From: Hydrurus foetidus
Taxonomy: Eukaryota
Length of the DNA stretch: 64,000 nt
Direction of reading: 5' to 3'
Assembly: GCA_900617105.1 (NCBI GenBank)
Contig: UYFQ01000005.1
Span: forward strand, 372,001 to 436,000
Part shown: positions 20,270 to 35,082 of the stretch, piece after piece
Position numbering within the stretch: position 1 is the stretch's first letter
Layout of the letters: each line of letters begins with the position of its first letter
Notes under the pieces: model-generated
What the model saw: the letters and a program-made list of their open reading frames with translations, nothing else
Database searches by the model: none
What the model was told of the DNA's origin: nothing
Program-made: the position numbers and the translations under genes

Positions 20270-23200
20270 GGCTGGCCTCAGGGGGTACTTTGGAAAGGTC
20301 GGTAGGGGGTTTGCCGCGCAAACGCCGCGACACGTGCGCTGAAAACTGCATCACCCAGCCCCGCATCCTGTCCATCGCCACGTAGACGACAGGCGTGGTG
20401 TAGAGCGTCAGCAGCTGGCTCAAAATCAGCCCACCCACCACGGCGATACCCAGGGGCTGGCGCAGCTCAGCGCCGTCACCTGTGCCAATGGCCAGGGGCA
20501 CAGCCCCAAAGATGGCGGCGATGGTGGTCATCAAAATGGGGCGAACGCGCAGATGGCAGGCGCGGTAGATGGCTTGGGCGGCGGTGGCTGTGCCGTGTTT
20601 TTGGCGGGAGATGGCGAAGTCGATCATCATGATGGCGTTCTTTTTGACGATGCCAATCAGCAAGATCACGCCGATCAGCGCGATGATGGAAAACTCGGTG
20701 TTGAACGCCATCAGCGCCAGCAGTGCACCCACCCCCGCCGAGGGCAAGGTGGACAAAATCGTGATGGGGTGAACCAGGCTTTCGTACAAGATGCCCAGCA
20801 CCAAATAAATCGTCACCAGCGCGGCGAGGATCAACAAGGGCTGGCTGGACAGCGAATCTTTGAACGCCTGCGCCGTACCCGCAAAGCTGCCGCGCACGGA
20901 CACCGGCACACCCAGCTCGGCCATCGCGTTGCGCACCGCGTCAGTCGCCTCTGACAGCGACACGCCAATGGGCAAATTGAAGCTGATGGTGGTGGCGGGC
21001 GTACCGCCCTGGTGGTTCACGGCCAGCGGCGTGTTGGTCAGCTCAATGCGGGCGAAGGAGGCCAAGGGGATTTGAGCACCGCTGCTGCTGATGAACATCA
21101 GGTTGCGCAGCGATTCGGCGCTTTGCAGAAACTCGGGGGCCAGTTCCATCACCACGCGGTATTGGTTGAGCGGGTTGTAAATCACACCGACTTGGCGTTG
21201 ACCGAAAGCGTTGTTCAGCGTGGTGTCGATGGCTTTGACCGAGAGGCCAAGCCGCGCCACGGCATCGCGGTCAATCACCAGCGAGGTTTGCAAGCCTTTG
21301 TCTTGCTGGTCAGAGTTCACATCCACCAACTCGGGCAGCGCCATCATCGCGCGGCGAATGCGGGGTTCCCAGGTGCGCAAATCCTCCAGCGCATCGGCCT
21401 GCAAGGCAAACTGGTAGGCGGCATTGGCTTGCCGCCCTCCGATGCGGATGTCTTGCATGGGCACCATGAACAAGTTGGCACCCGCTTCTTTGGAAAGCTT
21501 GGTGCGCAGCCGTGCGACCACCTGGTCAGCGGATACATCGCGCTCGGCCAAGGGCTTGAGCGCCATGAACATTTGCGCGGTGTTGCGCTGCGAACCACCG
21601 GTGAAGCCCGTCACGTTGTCCACGGCAGGGTCGGCTTTGACGACGGCCATAAAGCGGTCAAGCCGCTGCTGCATGGCCTGGAACGAGGTGGCTTGGTCAG
21701 CCTGGATAAAGCCCATGATGCGGCCGGTGTCCTGCTGTGGGAAGAAGCCTTTGGCAATCGCGCCATACAAGTAGACGTTCAGGCCAATCACAGCAAAGAA
21801 CACCAAGAGCGTGATGGGCTGGTGGCGCAGCGCCCACGCCAGCGAGCGCCGATACAGCCGCAGCGCGGCTTTGGGGATGCGTTTCAGGTATGAAATCAGC
21901 CTGTACAGAACACCAGACTTGATAGAGGCGCTATCTTTTTTAACATGAGGCTTGAGCAGCACAGCGCACATCATCGGCGTGGTGGTGAGTGAGACCACCA
22001 TCGACACCAAAATCGCTGCCGACAGCACGATCGCAAACTCACGGAACAAGCGCCCGACGATGCCGCCCATCAGCAAAATCGGAATAAACACCGCGATCAG
22101 CGACAGGCTGATGGACACCACGGTGAAGCCAATCTCCCGCGCCCCGTCCAGCGCCGCCTGCATCGCGGTTTTGCCACGTTCAAGGTGGCGGGTGATGTTT
22201 TCCAGCACCACGATGGCATCGTCCACCACAAAGCCCGTGGCCACCGTCAAGGCCATCAGCGAGAGGTTGTCCAGCGTGTAGCCCGCGAGGTACATCACAC
22301 CGAACGTGCCCGCCAACGACACCGGCACGGCCACGCTGGGAATCAACGCGGCGCGGCCACTGCGCAGGAACAAGAACACCACCAAAATCACCAGCCCCAC
22401 CGCAATCGCCAGCGCCCGCTCCACCTCGCGCAGCGAGGCCTTGAGCGTGGGCGTGCGGTCAACCACCACCTCCAGGTTGATGGCACTGGGGATGGACGCA
22501 CGCAAATGCGGCAGCAAAGCCCGCACTTTTGCCACCGATTCGATGATGTTCGCGCCCGGCTGCTTGAACAGCATCAGCAAAATCGCCGGTTTGCCATTGG
22601 CCGTGCCGTAGTTGCGGATGTCTTGCACCGAATCCACCACATTGGCCACGTCAGTCAAGCGTATGGCGCTACCGTTTTTATAGCGAACGATGAGTGGTGC
22701 GTAGTCTGCGGCCTTCACGGCTTGGTCGTTGGCGGTGATCTGCCAGCTGCGGCTGCCGTCGTCAAGCAGGCCCTTGGGGCGGTTGGCGTTGGTGGCGGTG
22801 ACAGCCACGCGCACGTCTTCGAGCGCCACACCCAGGTTGGCCAAGCGGCTCGGGTCAAGCTCGATGCGCACGGCGGGCAGCGCACCACCGCCGATGTTCA
22901 CCTGCCCAATGCCCTCGACCTGCGCAAAGCTTTGCGCCAGCACCGTGGATGCCGCGTCGTACATCTGGCCCCGGCTGAGCGTGTCCGAGGTCATCGACAA
23001 AATCATGATGGGCGAATCCGCCGGGTTGACTTTGCGGTAAGTAGGGTTGCTGGGCATCCCCGTGGGCAGCAGCGTGCGGGCGGCATTGATGGCGGCCTGC
23101 ACATCGCGGGCCGCACCGTTGATGTCGCGGTTCAAATCAAACTGAAGCACCACGCGGGTGCTGCCCAACGAGGACGACGAGGTCATCTCGTTCACCCCCG

Positions 23201-23423
23201 CAATCGCGCCCAAAGCCCGCTCCAGGGGTGTGGCCACCGTCGCCGCCATCGTGTCCGGGCTGGCACCGGGCAGGCTGGCCTGAACGGAGATGGTGGGGAA
23301 ATCGACCTGCGGCAACGGGGCGACGGGCAGCAGGAAGAAGCTGATAACACCGGCCAGCGCCACACCCAGCGTCACCAGGGTGGTGGCGATGGGGCGATGG
23401 ATGAAAGGGGCGGAGAAGTTCAT
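20259..23423 (-). CDS. mdtC: RND efflux permease, MdtC-like
   Basis: [24 protein letters not shown] and [14 protein letters not shown]; second of two RND subunits; ATGA overlap with mdtB. Confidence 0.85.
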   Translation of the reverse strand: MNFSAPFIHRPIATTLVTLGVALAGVISFFLLPVAPLPQVDFPTISVQASLPGASPDTMAATVATPLERALGAIAGVNEMTSSSSLGSTRVVLQFDLNRDINGAARDVQAAINAARTLLPTGMPSNPTYRKVNPADSPIMILSMTSDTLSRGQMYDAASTVLAQSFAQVEGIGQVNIGGGALPAVRIELDPSRLANLGVALEDVRVAVTATNANRPKGLLDDGSRSWQITANDQAVKAADYAPLIVRYKNGSAIRLTDVANVVDSVQDIRNYGTANGKPAILLMLFKQPGANIIESVAKVRALLPHLRASIPSAINLEVVVDRTPTLKASLREVERALAIAVGLVILVVFLFLRSGRAALIPSVAVPVSLAGTFGVMYLAGYTLDNLSLMALTVATGFVVDDAIVVLENITRHLERGKTAMQAALDGAREIGFTVVSISLSLIAVFIPILLMGGIVGRLFREFAIVLSAAILVSMVVSLTTTPMMCAVLLKPHVKKDSASIKSGVLYRLISYLKRIPKAALRLYRRSLAWALRHQPITLLVFFAVIGLNVYLYGAIAKGFFPQQDTGRIMGFIQADQATSFQAMQQRLDRFMAVVKADPAVDNVTGFTGGSQRNTAQMFMALKPLAERDVSADQVVARLRTKLSKEAGANLFMVPMQDIRIGGRQANAAYQFALQADALEDLRTWEPRIRRAMMALPELVDVNSDQQDKGLQTSLVIDRDAVARLGLSVKAIDTTLNNAFGQRQVGVIYNPLNQYRVVMELAPEFLQSAESLRNLMFISSSGAQIPLASFARIELTNTPLAVNHQGGTPATTISFNLPIGVSLSEATDAVRNAMAELGVPVSVRGSFAGTAQAFKDSLSSQPLLILAALVTIYLVLGILYESLVHPITILSTLPSAGVGALLALMAFNTEFSIIALIGVILLIGIVKKNAIMMIDFAISRQKHGTATAAQAIYRACHLRVRPILMTTIAAIFGAVPLAIGTGDGAELRQPLGIAVVGGLILSQLLTLYTTPVVYVAMDRMRGWVMQFSAHVSRRLRGKPPTDLSKVPPEASHAV

Positions 23424-26400
23424 GCTGCGCTCTTCACCCCAGACCGTCCCCGCCACCGCGCAGCCAGCCCCGCAAACCCCAAATAAATCACCGGCGTGGT
23501 GAACAGCGTCAGCAGTTGGCTCACGATCAGCCCGCCCACCATCGTCACGCCCAGCGGGTGGCGCAGCTCGCTGCCTACACCTTCGCCCAACATCAGCGGC
23601 AGTGCGCCCAAGAGTGCAGCGAGGGTGGTCATCAGGATGGGTCTGAAGCGCAGCAAGCAGGCTTGGTGGATGGCGGCGCGGGGGGACAGGCCTTGCTCGC
23701 GCTCAGCTTCCAGCGCGAAGTCGATCATCATGATGGCGTTCTTTTTGACGATGCCGATCAACAGCACGATGCCGATGATGGCGATCATGCCCAAATCGAG
23801 TTTGGCGGCCAGCAGGGCCAAGAGCGCACCCAGGCCCGCTGACGGCAGCGTGGAAAGGATGGTGACGGGGTGGATGTAGCTCTCGTACAGCACGCCCAGC
23901 ACGATGTACATGGTGACAATCGCCGCCAAAATCAGCAGCAAGGTGTTGGAAAGGGATGCCTGGAAGGCCAGTGCGGCACCCTGGAAGCTGGTCTCTACGC
24001 TGGCGGGCAGGTTGAGGGCGGCTTCTTCAGCTTTGATCGCTTCCACCGCTTCGCCCAAGGAGACACCGGGGGCGGCGTTGAACGAGATCGTGGCGGCGGG
24101 AAACTGGCCGACATGGTTGACGGCGAGTGAGGCGGGCTTTTCGACCACGCGGGCGACGGAGGACAGCGGGATTTGCGTCACTGCGCCGGTAGCCGTGTTG
24201 GTGCTCGACGGAATGTAGAGCTGCGCCAGCGCCTGCGGCCCCATTTTGAAACGTGGCTCGACTTCAAGCACCACACGGTACTGGTTGGACTGGGTGTAGA
24301 TGGTCGATATGAGGCGCTGACCGAAGGCGTTGTACAGCGCGTTGTCGATACCGGCCACCGTGACACCCAGGCGACCTGCGGCGGCGCGGTCGATCTCGAT
24401 ATAGGCCTGCAAACCCTGGTCTTGCAAATCGCTGGCCACGTCAGCCAACTGCGGCAGGGTGCGCAGGCGCTCCAGCAGCGCGGTAGTGGCGGTGTTCAAC
24501 ACCACCGCATCGGGGGAGGACAGCAAGAACTGGTACTGGGTTTTGGCGATGCGGTCTTCGATCGTCAAATCTTGCACGGGCTGCAAATAAAGCGCGATGC
24601 CGGGCACCTTGCCGCTGCCCTCCGTGATGCGGCGAATGACAGCGCTGATGTCACGCGAAGCTGCATCGCGCTCTTCTTTGGGCTTGAGGTTGATGAGCAT
24701 GCGCCCAGCGTTCAGCGTGGCGTTGGCACCATCCACACCGATGAAGGAAGACAGGCTTTGGACGGCGGGGTCCTTCAGAATGTTTTCGGCCATGGCCTGT
24801 TGACGCTCGGCCATGGCACTGAACGACGTGGCTTGCGAGGCTTCGGTGATGGCCTGAATCACGCCGGTGTCTTGCACGGGGAAGAAGCCTTTGGGCACCA
24901 CGGCATACAGCGCCACGGTCAGGCCCACGGTCACAGCAAACACCAGCAGGGTGAGGGCTTGGCGGTCTAGCACCCAGGTCAGCATGCGGCCATAAGCGGC
25001 GATCAAATTGTCAAAGAAGCGGCCTGTGGCTTGGTACAAACGACCGTGGCTTTCCTCGGGGGTGTGCTTGAGCAAGCGAGCACACAGCATAGGCGTGAGG
25101 GTCAGCGACACCACCGCAGAAATCAAAATGGCCACTGCCAGTGTGATGGCGAATTCGTGGAACAAGCGGCCCACCACGTCGCCCATGAACAGCAGCGGAA
25201 TCAGCACGGCGATGAGGGAAATCGTCAGCGAAATGATGGTGAAGCCGATTTGCTTGGAGCCTTTCAGGGCGGCTTCCATCGGGGACTCACCCTCCTCCAC
25301 GTAGCGGGCGATGTTCTCGATCATCACGATGGCATCGTCCACCACAAAGCCAGTGGAAATCGTCAGCGCCATCAGCGTCAGGTTGTTGATCGAATAGCCA
25401 GCGAGGTACATCACACCGAAGGTGCCCACCAGCGACAGTGGCACGGCTACGCTGGGGATGAGGGTGGCGGCCGCGCTGCGCAAGAAGACAAAAATCACCA
25501 TCACCACCAAGGCGATGGACAGCATCAGCTCGAACTGCACGTCTTTCACCGAAGCGCGGATGGTGACGGTGCGGTCGGTCAGCACCTGCACATCGAGCGA
25601 TGCAGGCAGCGTGGCTTGCAACTGGGGAAGCAGGGCTTTGATGCGGTCTACCGTCTCGATGACGTTGGCACCGGGCTGGCGCTGCACGTTCAAAATCACG
25701 CCCGCCTTGGTGTCCGCCCAAGCGGACAAGCGGGTGTTTTCAGCCGCATCGACGATGTTGGCCACATCCTTCAGGCGCACTGGGTTGCCGTTCTTAAAGG
25801 CGATCACGAGGTCGGCATACTCTTTGGCGGATTTGAGCTGGTCGTTCGCGTCGATGGTGGAAGCGCGCACCGCCCCGTCAAAACTGCCCTTAGCCTGGTT
25901 GACATTGGCGGCACCAATGGCGGTGCGCACGTCGTCCAGCGACATGCCCAAAGCGGCCAGCGCCGTAGGGTTGGCCTGGACGCGCACGGCGGGGCGCTGC
26001 CCGCCTGCAATGGACACCAGCCCCACGCCGGGCACTTGCGAGAGCTTGGGTGCGAGGCGGTTTTCAACCAAATCATGGATGCGTATCACTTGCAGCGAGG
26101 GCGAGGTGATTGCCAGCGTCAGGATGGGCGCATCAGCGGGGTTGACCTTGCTGTAGGTGGGCGGCATGGGCAAGTCGTTGGGAAGCAAGTTGCTCCCTGC
26201 ATTGATGGCAGCCTGCACCTGCTGCTCGGCCACGTCCAAGGTCACGTCCAGCGAAAACCGCAGGGTGATGACGGACGCTCCACCCGAGCTGGTGGAAGAC
26301 ATTTGGGCCAAGCCGGGCATCTGGCCGAACTGGCGCTCCAGTGGCGCGGTGACGGACGACGTGACCACATCCGGGCTGGCACCGGGGTACAGCGATGTCA

Positions 26401-26539
26401 CTTGAATGGTGGGGTAATCCACCTCAGGCAGCGCCGATATGGGCAGCAGCCGGTAGGCCAGCATGCCGGCAATCAGGATGGCCACCATCAACAGCGAGGT
26501 GGCAACGGGGCGGAGGATGAAGAGGCGGGAGATGTTCAT
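23420..26539 (-). CDS. mdtB: RND efflux permease, MdtB-like
   Basis: [28 protein letters not shown] and [14 protein letters not shown]. Confidence 0.88.
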   Translation of the reverse strand: MNISRLFILRPVATSLLMVAILIAGMLAYRLLPISALPEVDYPTIQVTSLYPGASPDVVTSSVTAPLERQFGQMPGLAQMSSTSSGGASVITLRFSLDVTLDVAEQQVQAAINAGSNLLPNDLPMPPTYSKVNPADAPILTLAITSPSLQVIRIHDLVENRLAPKLSQVPGVGLVSIAGGQRPAVRVQANPTALAALGMSLDDVRTAIGAANVNQAKGSFDGAVRASTIDANDQLKSAKEYADLVIAFKNGNPVRLKDVANIVDAAENTRLSAWADTKAGVILNVQRQPGANVIETVDRIKALLPQLQATLPASLDVQVLTDRTVTIRASVKDVQFELMLSIALVVMVIFVFLRSAAATLIPSVAVPLSLVGTFGVMYLAGYSINNLTLMALTISTGFVVDDAIVMIENIARYVEEGESPMEAALKGSKQIGFTIISLTISLIAVLIPLLFMGDVVGRLFHEFAITLAVAILISAVVSLTLTPMLCARLLKHTPEESHGRLYQATGRFFDNLIAAYGRMLTWVLDRQALTLLVFAVTVGLTVALYAVVPKGFFPVQDTGVIQAITEASQATSFSAMAERQQAMAENILKDPAVQSLSSFIGVDGANATLNAGRMLINLKPKEERDAASRDISAVIRRITEGSGKVPGIALYLQPVQDLTIEDRIAKTQYQFLLSSPDAVVLNTATTALLERLRTLPQLADVASDLQDQGLQAYIEIDRAAAGRLGVTVAGIDNALYNAFGQRLISTIYTQSNQYRVVLEVEPRFKMGPQALAQLYIPSSTNTATGAVTQIPLSSVARVVEKPASLAVNHVGQFPAATISFNAAPGVSLGEAVEAIKAEEAALNLPASVETSFQGAALAFQASLSNTLLLILAAIVTMYIVLGVLYESYIHPVTILSTLPSAGLGALLALLAAKLDLGMIAIIGIVLLIGIVKKNAIMMIDFALEAEREQGLSPRAAIHQACLLRFRPILMTTLAALLGALPLMLGEGVGSELRHPLGVTMVGGLIVSQLLTLFTTPVIYLGFAGLAARWRGRSGVKSAA

Positions 26540-26550
26540 GCGCTGGCGCC

Positions 26551-28155
26551 TTAGCTGCCTTCGGCTTCACGCTGGCGGCGGCGCTCCTTGAGTTTTTCAA
26601 TGAACTCGCGGCGCTCATCCGGGTTCATCTTCTTAAAGCGTTCTTGCACCTCGGGCGGTAAACGGTCAAACCAGGGTGGCATGGCGCCAGCGTTAGCCTC
26701 TGCGCTTGGTGCGGCGGCAGGTTTGGCTGGTGATAGCACGGCTTCAGATGCCTTAGTTGATAGTTTTTCAGCCGACTTCTCAGTAGGCTTTTCTGCTAAT
26801 TTTCCTGTTGATTTAGCCTCTGCGGCCTCAGTTTTTCCTGGCCTGCCCATGCCTGCACCACCACGGGCAGGAGGGGCCACGATCACCTCCACTTTGGCCC
26901 CTTCGCGCAAACGGTCTGCACCGTCCGTCACGACCTTCTCGCCAGGAGAAAGATCGCCCTGCACGCTGACCCAATCCCCGTCGGTGGTGCCCAGACGAAT
27001 GCGCTTCATGGTGACCGTGCCGTCCTCCCGCGCCACATACACAAACGTACCCTGCGCACCGCGCTGGACGGCGCTGGTGGGCACGGTGGTCGCGTCTTTC
27101 AGTGTATCCACGGCCAAGCGCACGTTGGCAAACTGATTGGGGAACAAACTGCCATCGGCGTTGGCAAACTCAGCTTTGAGCTTGATGGTGCCGGTGGTCA
27201 TGTCGATGGCGTTGTCGGTGGTGGTCACCTTGCCTTGACCCAGGCTGTTGCGCAGCTCGCGGTCCCACACCTCCACGGCCAGCGGGTCTTTGCCTTTGAG
27301 GCGGCGGTTGATCTGCACCAGATTCGCCTCGGGCACGGCAAACACCAGCGCAATAGGCTGAGTCTGTGTGATCGTGACCACGCCATTGGCATCGCTGGAG
27401 CGCACGATGCTGCCCAAATCCACCTGCTTCAGCCCCAAGCGCCCGCTGATGGGGGCCACGACCTTGGTGTGCGAGAGTTGCAGTTTGGCGTTGTCCACCT
27501 GCGCTTGGTCGGTTTGCACCGTGCCTTGGAGCTGCTTGACCAGCGCGTCTTGCGTGTCCACCTGCTGCTTAGCGATGGAGTCTTTGGCCAGCAGGTCTTT
27601 GTAGCGCTCCAAATCCAGCTGCGCATTGCGCAATTGCGCTTGGTCGCGTGACAATTGCCCCTGCACTTGGGCCAGGGCCACGTCATAGCTGCGCGTGTCC
27701 AACTCGGCCAGCACCTGCCCAGCGCGGACTGGCTGGCCTTCTTTGAATTTGATGGCCTTGAGCTCGCCATCCACTTTGGCACGAACAATGGCCGTGTTCA
27801 GCGCGGCCATGTTGCCAATGGCGTTGATCACAACACGTATATCGCGCGTTTGCACCGCCGCCACAGTGACAGGCTGGACGCGGTTGGCACCTCCAAAGCG
27901 CCGCCCCGCAGGGCTGCTGGCACCACCAGCGGGCGCACTTGCGGTACCGCTAGGTGCTGGGGCGGTGGCTGTACCGCCACCAGCACCGCTCGCCCGCTGT
28001 CCCCACCACCACGTCCCGCCACCGCCCAAGGCAGCGCTCAACACCAGAGCCGCCAGCGTGCCTGCGGTGACACGCCCTTGTTGGGTGGAGGTGGAGAGTG
28101 AATCCTCATGGCGAGAATGAAAAGACAGGGGTAACAAGAGGTAGCCGTTCTTCAT
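26551..28155 (-). CDS. mdtA: RND efflux membrane-fusion protein, MdtA-like (start uncertain)
   Basis: [35 protein letters not shown] and LFPNQF motifs. Confidence 0.85.
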   Translation of the reverse strand: MKNGYLLLPLSFHSRHEDSLSTSTQQGRVTAGTLAALVLSAALGGGGTWWWGQRASGAGGGTATAPAPSGTASAPAGGASSPAGRRFGGANRVQPVTVAAVQTRDIRVVINAIGNMAALNTAIVRAKVDGELKAIKFKEGQPVRAGQVLAELDTRSYDVALAQVQGQLSRDQAQLRNAQLDLERYKDLLAKDSIAKQQVDTQDALVKQLQGTVQTDQAQVDNAKLQLSHTKVVAPISGRLGLKQVDLGSIVRSSDANGVVTITQTQPIALVFAVPEANLVQINRRLKGKDPLAVEVWDRELRNSLGQGKVTTTDNAIDMTTGTIKLKAEFANADGSLFPNQFANVRLAVDTLKDATTVPTSAVQRGAQGTFVYVAREDGTVTMKRIRLGTTDGDWVSVQGDLSPGEKVVTDGADRLREGAKVEVIVAPPARGGAGMGRPGKTEAAEAKSTGKLAEKPTEKSAEKLSTKASEAVLSPAKPAAAPSAEANAGAMPPWFDRLPPEVQERFKKMNPDERREFIEKLKERRRQREAEGS

Positions 28156-28269
28156 GAAAATCCCAATGTGGCGCAAAACTGCACGAATTATGCGGGGCGT
28201 GTGTCAACCGATGGTTAACCACTTGCAGCGCACAGCGTGCGCTTTCCATCGCCACCGGAAGGCCAGCCC

Positions 28270-28302
28270 AAAAAAAGCCCCCAGCATTCACATGCAGGGG
28301 GC
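28270..28302 (-). terminator. Rho-independent terminator
   Basis: Minus strand GCCCCCTGCAT-GTGA-ATGCTGGGGGC followed by T7. Confidence 0.75.
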
Positions 28303-28357
28303 CAGATTGACAGGGTGCCCACCAAAGGCACCGCAGGGTTCAACCGTTTTTAACCTA

Positions 28358-28480
28358 TCACTCTGGCGTCACGCCCAAAGCCTTCACCGTGTCCAAATTC
28401 AGGAAACCATCGGCAGGCAGGTTATTCGCCTGCTGGTACGCATTGACGGCTTTCATGGTTTGGGCACGAAGCACACCGTT
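28358..28480 (-). pseudogene. C-terminal remnant of a peptidoglycan-binding domain protein
   Basis: Manual translation NGVLRAQTMKAVNAYQQANNLPADGFLNLDTVKALGVTPE*, matching the T..AV..YQ...L..DG....T..AL pattern; in-frame stop immediately upstream. Confidence 0.65.
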
Positions 28481-28566
28481 TCAAAGTAAGCGCCCTTTTG
28501 ACCTGCGGAGTCGCTTACCCGCATCATTTATCTTGTATTTTTAATTGTCACCGTTAAAATTACATG

Positions 28567-29724
28567 ATGTTTTCAAGAAATAGCCTGTCCCTGCTGCTTG
28601 CAGCCCTGCGTCGCTCACCTGCTGTGGCTGTGCTCGGGCCACGACAGGTGGGTAAGACAACGTTGGCACGGCAATTGAAGGGCGCGGTAACGCGAGACTT
28701 GGTTTACCTGGATTTACAAGATGAGCGAGACCGCGCCCGCATTGCCGACCCCAATGTGTTTTTTCAAACCTACCCGGATGCCTTGATCGTCCTCGATGAG
28801 GTGCAGTACGCGCCCGACATCTTCCGGCACTTGCGGCCGGAGATTGACCGCGACCGCAGTAAAGGGCGATTTTTGCTGTTGGGCTCAGCCGCGTTTTCTT
28901 TGCTCAAACAGAGTGCGGAGTCGTTGGCAGGCCGTTTGGCGACGGTGGAGTTGGGTGGCTTGCTGGTGTCGGAGATTGAGGCTGATTTTGCGCGACAACA
29001 AACGCTGTGGCTGCGTGGCGGGTTTCCCGAGAGTTTCACCGCCCTGACGGATGCGGATTCGTTTGAGTGGCGGCTGGACTTCATGCGCCTGCTGTTGGAG
29101 CGAGACTTGCCACAGTTTGGCATCACCATCGCGGCCCCCACGCTGCAACGGTTTTGGCGGATGGTGGCCAACAACCACAGCCAACTGGCCAATATGAGCC
29201 CGCTGGCACAAAGCATGGGTATCAGCGTGCCCACCGTCGGTCGGTATCTCGATCTGCTGGAAGCCGCCCGCATGGTGCGGCGCTTGCAACCTATGTCAAT
29301 CAACCTGAATAAGCGCCTCATCAAGTCACCCAAAATCTATCTGCGCGACAGTGGCTTGCTGCATGCACTGCTGGGCATCAAAACCATTGACGATCTGCTG
29401 TCCCACCCGATGATGGGGTACTCATGGGAAGGGTTTGTGCTGGAACACATCTGCCAACTCGCGCCAAGCGGCGCGGAGGTGATGTTCTACCGCACAGCCG
29501 CTGGCGCAGAAATGGACGTGGTGGTGCAAAGCGGCAGCCAAACACTGTGCTTTGAGATCAAATCATCGTCCGCCCCGAAGGTCACCCAGGGGTTTCATAA
29601 CGCCATGAAAGACATTCAACCGACACGCACCTACATCGTGGCACAGGTGGCACAGCGGTATCCCTTTGCCAAGGATATCGAAGTGATTCCGGTGATAGCT
29701 ATTGCCGATGCATTGCGGACGTGA
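28567..29724 (+). CDS. AAA_14 ATPase with DUF4143 domain
   Basis: GPRQVGKTT, IVLDEVQ, LLGS, RGGFP, KSPKIYLRDSGL and EMD.V...FEIK motifs. Confidence 0.9.
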   Translation: MFSRNSLSLLLAALRRSPAVAVLGPRQVGKTTLARQLKGAVTRDLVYLDLQDERDRARIADPNVFFQTYPDALIVLDEVQYAPDIFRHLRPEIDRDRSKGRFLLLGSAAFSLLKQSAESLAGRLATVELGGLLVSEIEADFARQQTLWLRGGFPESFTALTDADSFEWRLDFMRLLLERDLPQFGITIAAPTLQRFWRMVANNHSQLANMSPLAQSMGISVPTVGRYLDLLEAARMVRRLQPMSINLNKRLIKSPKIYLRDSGLLHALLGIKTIDDLLSHPMMGYSWEGFVLEHICQLAPSGAEVMFYRTAAGAEMDVVVQSGSQTLCFEIKSSSAPKVTQGFHNAMKDIQPTRTYIVAQVAQRYPFAKDIEVIPVIAIADALRT

Positions 29725-30685
29725 GCGCAATCACAGCCCCCCACTGCGCCGCAACGCCTTCAGGATCTCCCGCCGCGACCAGCGCCCGCACGACACCCAC
29801 CGACCCCACGCCACTGCGCAACACCTCAGGCAGGCGTGCGGCATCAATCCCGCCAATCGCCACCAGCGGGTAGTCACGCAGCAGCTTCGCGTAGGCAGCC
29901 AGCCGCCCGGTGCCTTGCGGCGATGTGGCCATCGCTTTGAGCGTAGTAGGGAATACGGCCCCCAGTGCGATGTAGCTGGGGCTGACTGCATCGGCACACA
30001 GCATCTCGGCATAACCGTGGGTGCTCAGGCCCAGGCGCAAACCGGCACAGCGGATGGCGGCCAGATCATCGGCACGGGTCAGCGCCAAGTCTTCTTGTCC
30101 GAGGTGAACGCCATAGGCACCCGCGTCAATGGCCTCGCGCCAGTGGTCGTTGATGAACAGCCTTGCGCCGGTGCCCTGTACGGCTGCAACGGCAGCCTGC
30201 ACTTCGGTGCGGATCGCAGAAAGATCGTCTGATTTGAAACGTAATTGCACCGTGGGCACACCGGCACGTGCCATGCGGCCTACCCAAGCAGCATCGGGCA
30301 GCACGGCGTACAGCCCCAGCGCTTGGGGGCAAGGGGCAAAAGCGTTGGCGCGGGGAAAGGGGGCGATGCCGAAATCAGCAGGATCGTCAGGCCAGCGCAG
30401 CGGATCAAAGTGACCACTGCGCTCCGTGCTCGCCTGCCAAGCCTGCGCTACAACATCGGCATCGGACGGGATAAACCCCATTTGGGCACAGGCGCGACGG
30501 GCAGCCTGGTAGACAGGTGCATCGCTGCTGAAGGGCACATCAGGCGCAAAACGACTGTCCAGCACGGGGCGAAGGGCAAGGGTTTTGCCATGCAGCCCAG
30601 TGACGGTGGCGGCCATCTTGTCTATGGCGTGCTCATGATCGTCATGGCGATTTTCGAGACCTTGATGCAAAGCTTGTGGGGTCAT
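29699..30685 (-). CDS. thiE: Thiamine phosphate synthase with N-terminal extension
   Basis: GLYAV, VQLRFK, FINDHW, GVHLGQED, LGLSTH, YIALGAVFPTTLK and VAIGGI; ATGA overlap with thiG. Confidence 0.9.
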   Translation of the reverse strand: MTPQALHQGLENRHDDHEHAIDKMAATVTGLHGKTLALRPVLDSRFAPDVPFSSDAPVYQAARRACAQMGFIPSDADVVAQAWQASTERSGHFDPLRWPDDPADFGIAPFPRANAFAPCPQALGLYAVLPDAAWVGRMARAGVPTVQLRFKSDDLSAIRTEVQAAVAAVQGTGARLFINDHWREAIDAGAYGVHLGQEDLALTRADDLAAIRCAGLRLGLSTHGYAEMLCADAVSPSYIALGAVFPTTLKAMATSPQGTGRLAAYAKLLRDYPLVAIGGIDAARLPEVLRSGVGSVGVVRALVAAGDPEGVAAQWGAVIALTSAMHRQ

Positions 30686-31476
30686 GGTTGGTGCCAAAAA
30701 GGGGTGCCAAGTACCGGCGTACTGGGTTGGGCTGCGTCTTGCTCGCGCATGGCACCGGCTTGCCATGCAGCGCGTCCCGCCTCTACGGTATCGGCAAACG
30801 CACCGGCCATGCGTACCGGGTCTTGGGCCAGGGCCACGGCGGTATTGAGCAGCACAGCGTCGTAGCCCCATTCCATCACCTGACAGGCGTGCGATGGCAG
30901 GCCCAGACCGGCATCGACGATCAAAGGCACTTTCAACCGCTCGCGCAGCAGTCGCATCGCATAGGGGTTGACGGGGCCTTTGCCGGTGCCTATCGGTGCC
31001 GCCCAGGGCATGACAGCTTGGCAGCCCACGTCCACCAGACGCTGGCATAGCACCAAATCTTCGGTGCAGTAAGGCAGCACTTTGAAACCATCGTCAATCA
31101 AGCGGCGGGCGGCATCAACCAAATTCAGCGTGTCAGGCTGCAAGCTGTAATCGTCACCAATCAATTCCAGCTTGAGCCAAGGCGTACCAAAAACCTCACG
31201 CGCCATGTGGGCGGTGGTGATGACTTCTTGCACGCTATGGCAACCGGCGGTGTTAGGCAACACGGGTACGCCCATCGCTTGGATCATCTGCCAAAAACGG
31301 TTGCCCTCGTTACCTGCATCTTGCGTTTGACGGCGCAACGAGACCGTCAGCATGGCGGGCTTGGCACGCGCCACGGCGGCTTGCAGCACGGCGGGCGAGG
31401 GGTAACGCGAAGTGCCCAGCAGCAGGCGGCTAGCGAAGGTTTTGTCATAGAGGACTAGAGGATCTGTATTCAGCAT
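30682..31476 (-). CDS. thiG: Thiazole synthase
   Basis: SRLLLGT, LPNTAGC, WLKLE.IGD...LQPD, VMPWAAPIGTG.G and VDAGLG.PS motifs. Confidence 0.95.
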   Translation of the reverse strand: MLNTDPLVLYDKTFASRLLLGTSRYPSPAVLQAAVARAKPAMLTVSLRRQTQDAGNEGNRFWQMIQAMGVPVLPNTAGCHSVQEVITTAHMAREVFGTPWLKLELIGDDYSLQPDTLNLVDAARRLIDDGFKVLPYCTEDLVLCQRLVDVGCQAVMPWAAPIGTGKGPVNPYAMRLLRERLKVPLIVDAGLGLPSHACQVMEWGYDAVLLNTAVALAQDPVRMAGAFADTVEAGRAAWQAGAMREQDAAQPSTPVLGTPFWHQP

Positions 31477-31528
31477 GGTGGAGGCAGGCGTTGCAAGTGA
31501 GGCCCAGTAAGGCAAATTAAAAAGGTCT

Positions 31529-31738
31529 TCAGCCGCCGGTGATGGGAGCGATGATTTCAACGCAGTCCCCGTCGCTCAGTGGATGCTGCGCGTAGCTTGC
31601 ACGCGGTACAAATTGCAGGTTCACAGCGGCGGCGAACGGCGGTTGCGCCTGCTGTACGTGCAGTGCGTCAGCCAGGGTGGCACCGCTGGGCAGCGCGGTT
31701 GGTTTGTGGTTTATCAGGATATGGATCAAGGCAGGCAT
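31529..31738 (-). CDS. thiS: Sulfur carrier protein
   Basis: 69 aa; AAAVN..FVPR; C-terminal GG. Confidence 0.92.
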   Translation of the reverse strand: MPALIHILINHKPTALPSGATLADALHVQQAQPPFAAAVNLQFVPRASYAQHPLSDGDCVEIIAPITGG

Positions 31739-32894
31739 GGGGCTTTAATCTTTTCAAATTTTTCAAAATCGTCAAAATGGATAAGGGCCAAATCGAACTG
31801 CTCGGCCAGCGCAGATCGGCCCGCGTCCATCAGCTCCAGCACCACGTCCAGCATGGCTGGTGCGATGAGAAAGCCGTGGCGGTACAGGCCGTTGATCTGC
31901 ACACAGCGCGGGCCTGACTGCCGCAGGGCAGGCAAGTTGTCCGGCAAGGTGGGCCGGGCCTGGGTGGCAATTTCCAGGATGCGGGCTTCGCCGAAACCGG
32001 GATGAACGGTGTAAGCCGCACTCAGCAATTCCAAGGTGGAGCGCACGGTGGCGGGAGACAGGTCGTCCGATTCGATCTCGGTGGCCCCGATCACAAACAC
32101 GCCGCCGGGTTTGGGCGCGATGTACAGCGGGTAGCGCGGGTGCAGCAGCCGGGTGGGCCGTGACAGCGTGACTTCAGGGGCGTGAACGCGAATGACCTCA
32201 CCGCGAACGCCACGCAAGGCAGTCCACTGCGGCCTGGCACCCAAGCCCCGGCAATCAAACAGCCAGCCCCCATCATCCGCATACCCATCTTCAGGCCCAT
32301 CTTCGAAAGAGCGGGGACTGTGCCAATGGACATGGACGTGCAACGCCACCATCCGCGCCGCCAGCGCGTCGAGCAAAGCCCGGTTGTCCAGTTGCCCTTC
32401 GCTGGGCAGGTACAGCCCCCGCGGGAAACGATTGCCCAAGGCCGGCTCCAGCTGCGCCAGCACAGTGGCATCCACAGGCTGCGGGGTCATCAACGCGGGC
32501 ACACGCAGTGCGGCGGCACGGAGTTGATCGCTGAAGTGCGCTGCCTCGGCGGCATCTTGCCTGTGCCACAGCACCAGCGTGCCAGAACGTTGGAAAAATA
32601 CGGGCATCGCCAGTGGCGCGATCAAGTCCGGCCAGCGCTCCAGAGCGTGCAAACCCATGCGCACCACGCAAGGCTCGGTTAAAGCCGATTCCGCCAGCGG
32701 TGCCAGCATTGCAGCAGCCACGCGGGCAGCGGCGCCCTGCGCATCAGCCCCACCAGCCTCAAACACCTGAACCTGGTGGCCGCGCTCAGCCAGCGTACAC
32801 GCGAGCAACCTCCCCATCAGGCCTGCGCCCAGGATGGTGATGGGGGGGAGACGCTTTGAAGGAGGCGACACGGGGGCGTTACCGCAACATGGCA

Positions 32895-32895
<1 letters not shown>
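31726..32895 (-). CDS. thiO: FAD-dependent glycine oxidase
   Basis: ILGAGLMG, AAAMLAP, RGVRGE, YIAPK, RPTLPDNLP and NGLYRHGFL motifs; thi operon context. Confidence 0.85.
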
Positions 32896-35052
<2,157 letters not shown>

Positions 35053-35082
35053 AGTGCGATCATAGCCTCAAAATACGCACCC

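Noticed and set aside
21890..21947. Further dispersed-motif copy in mdtC (also candidates near 5514, 26750 and 31430)
   Set aside because: Too degenerate to count without a statistical model
21012..26554. Long plus-strand ORFs (293, 433, 265 and 507 aa)
   Set aside because: Antisense shadows of mdtB/mdtC, typical of high-GC codon bias
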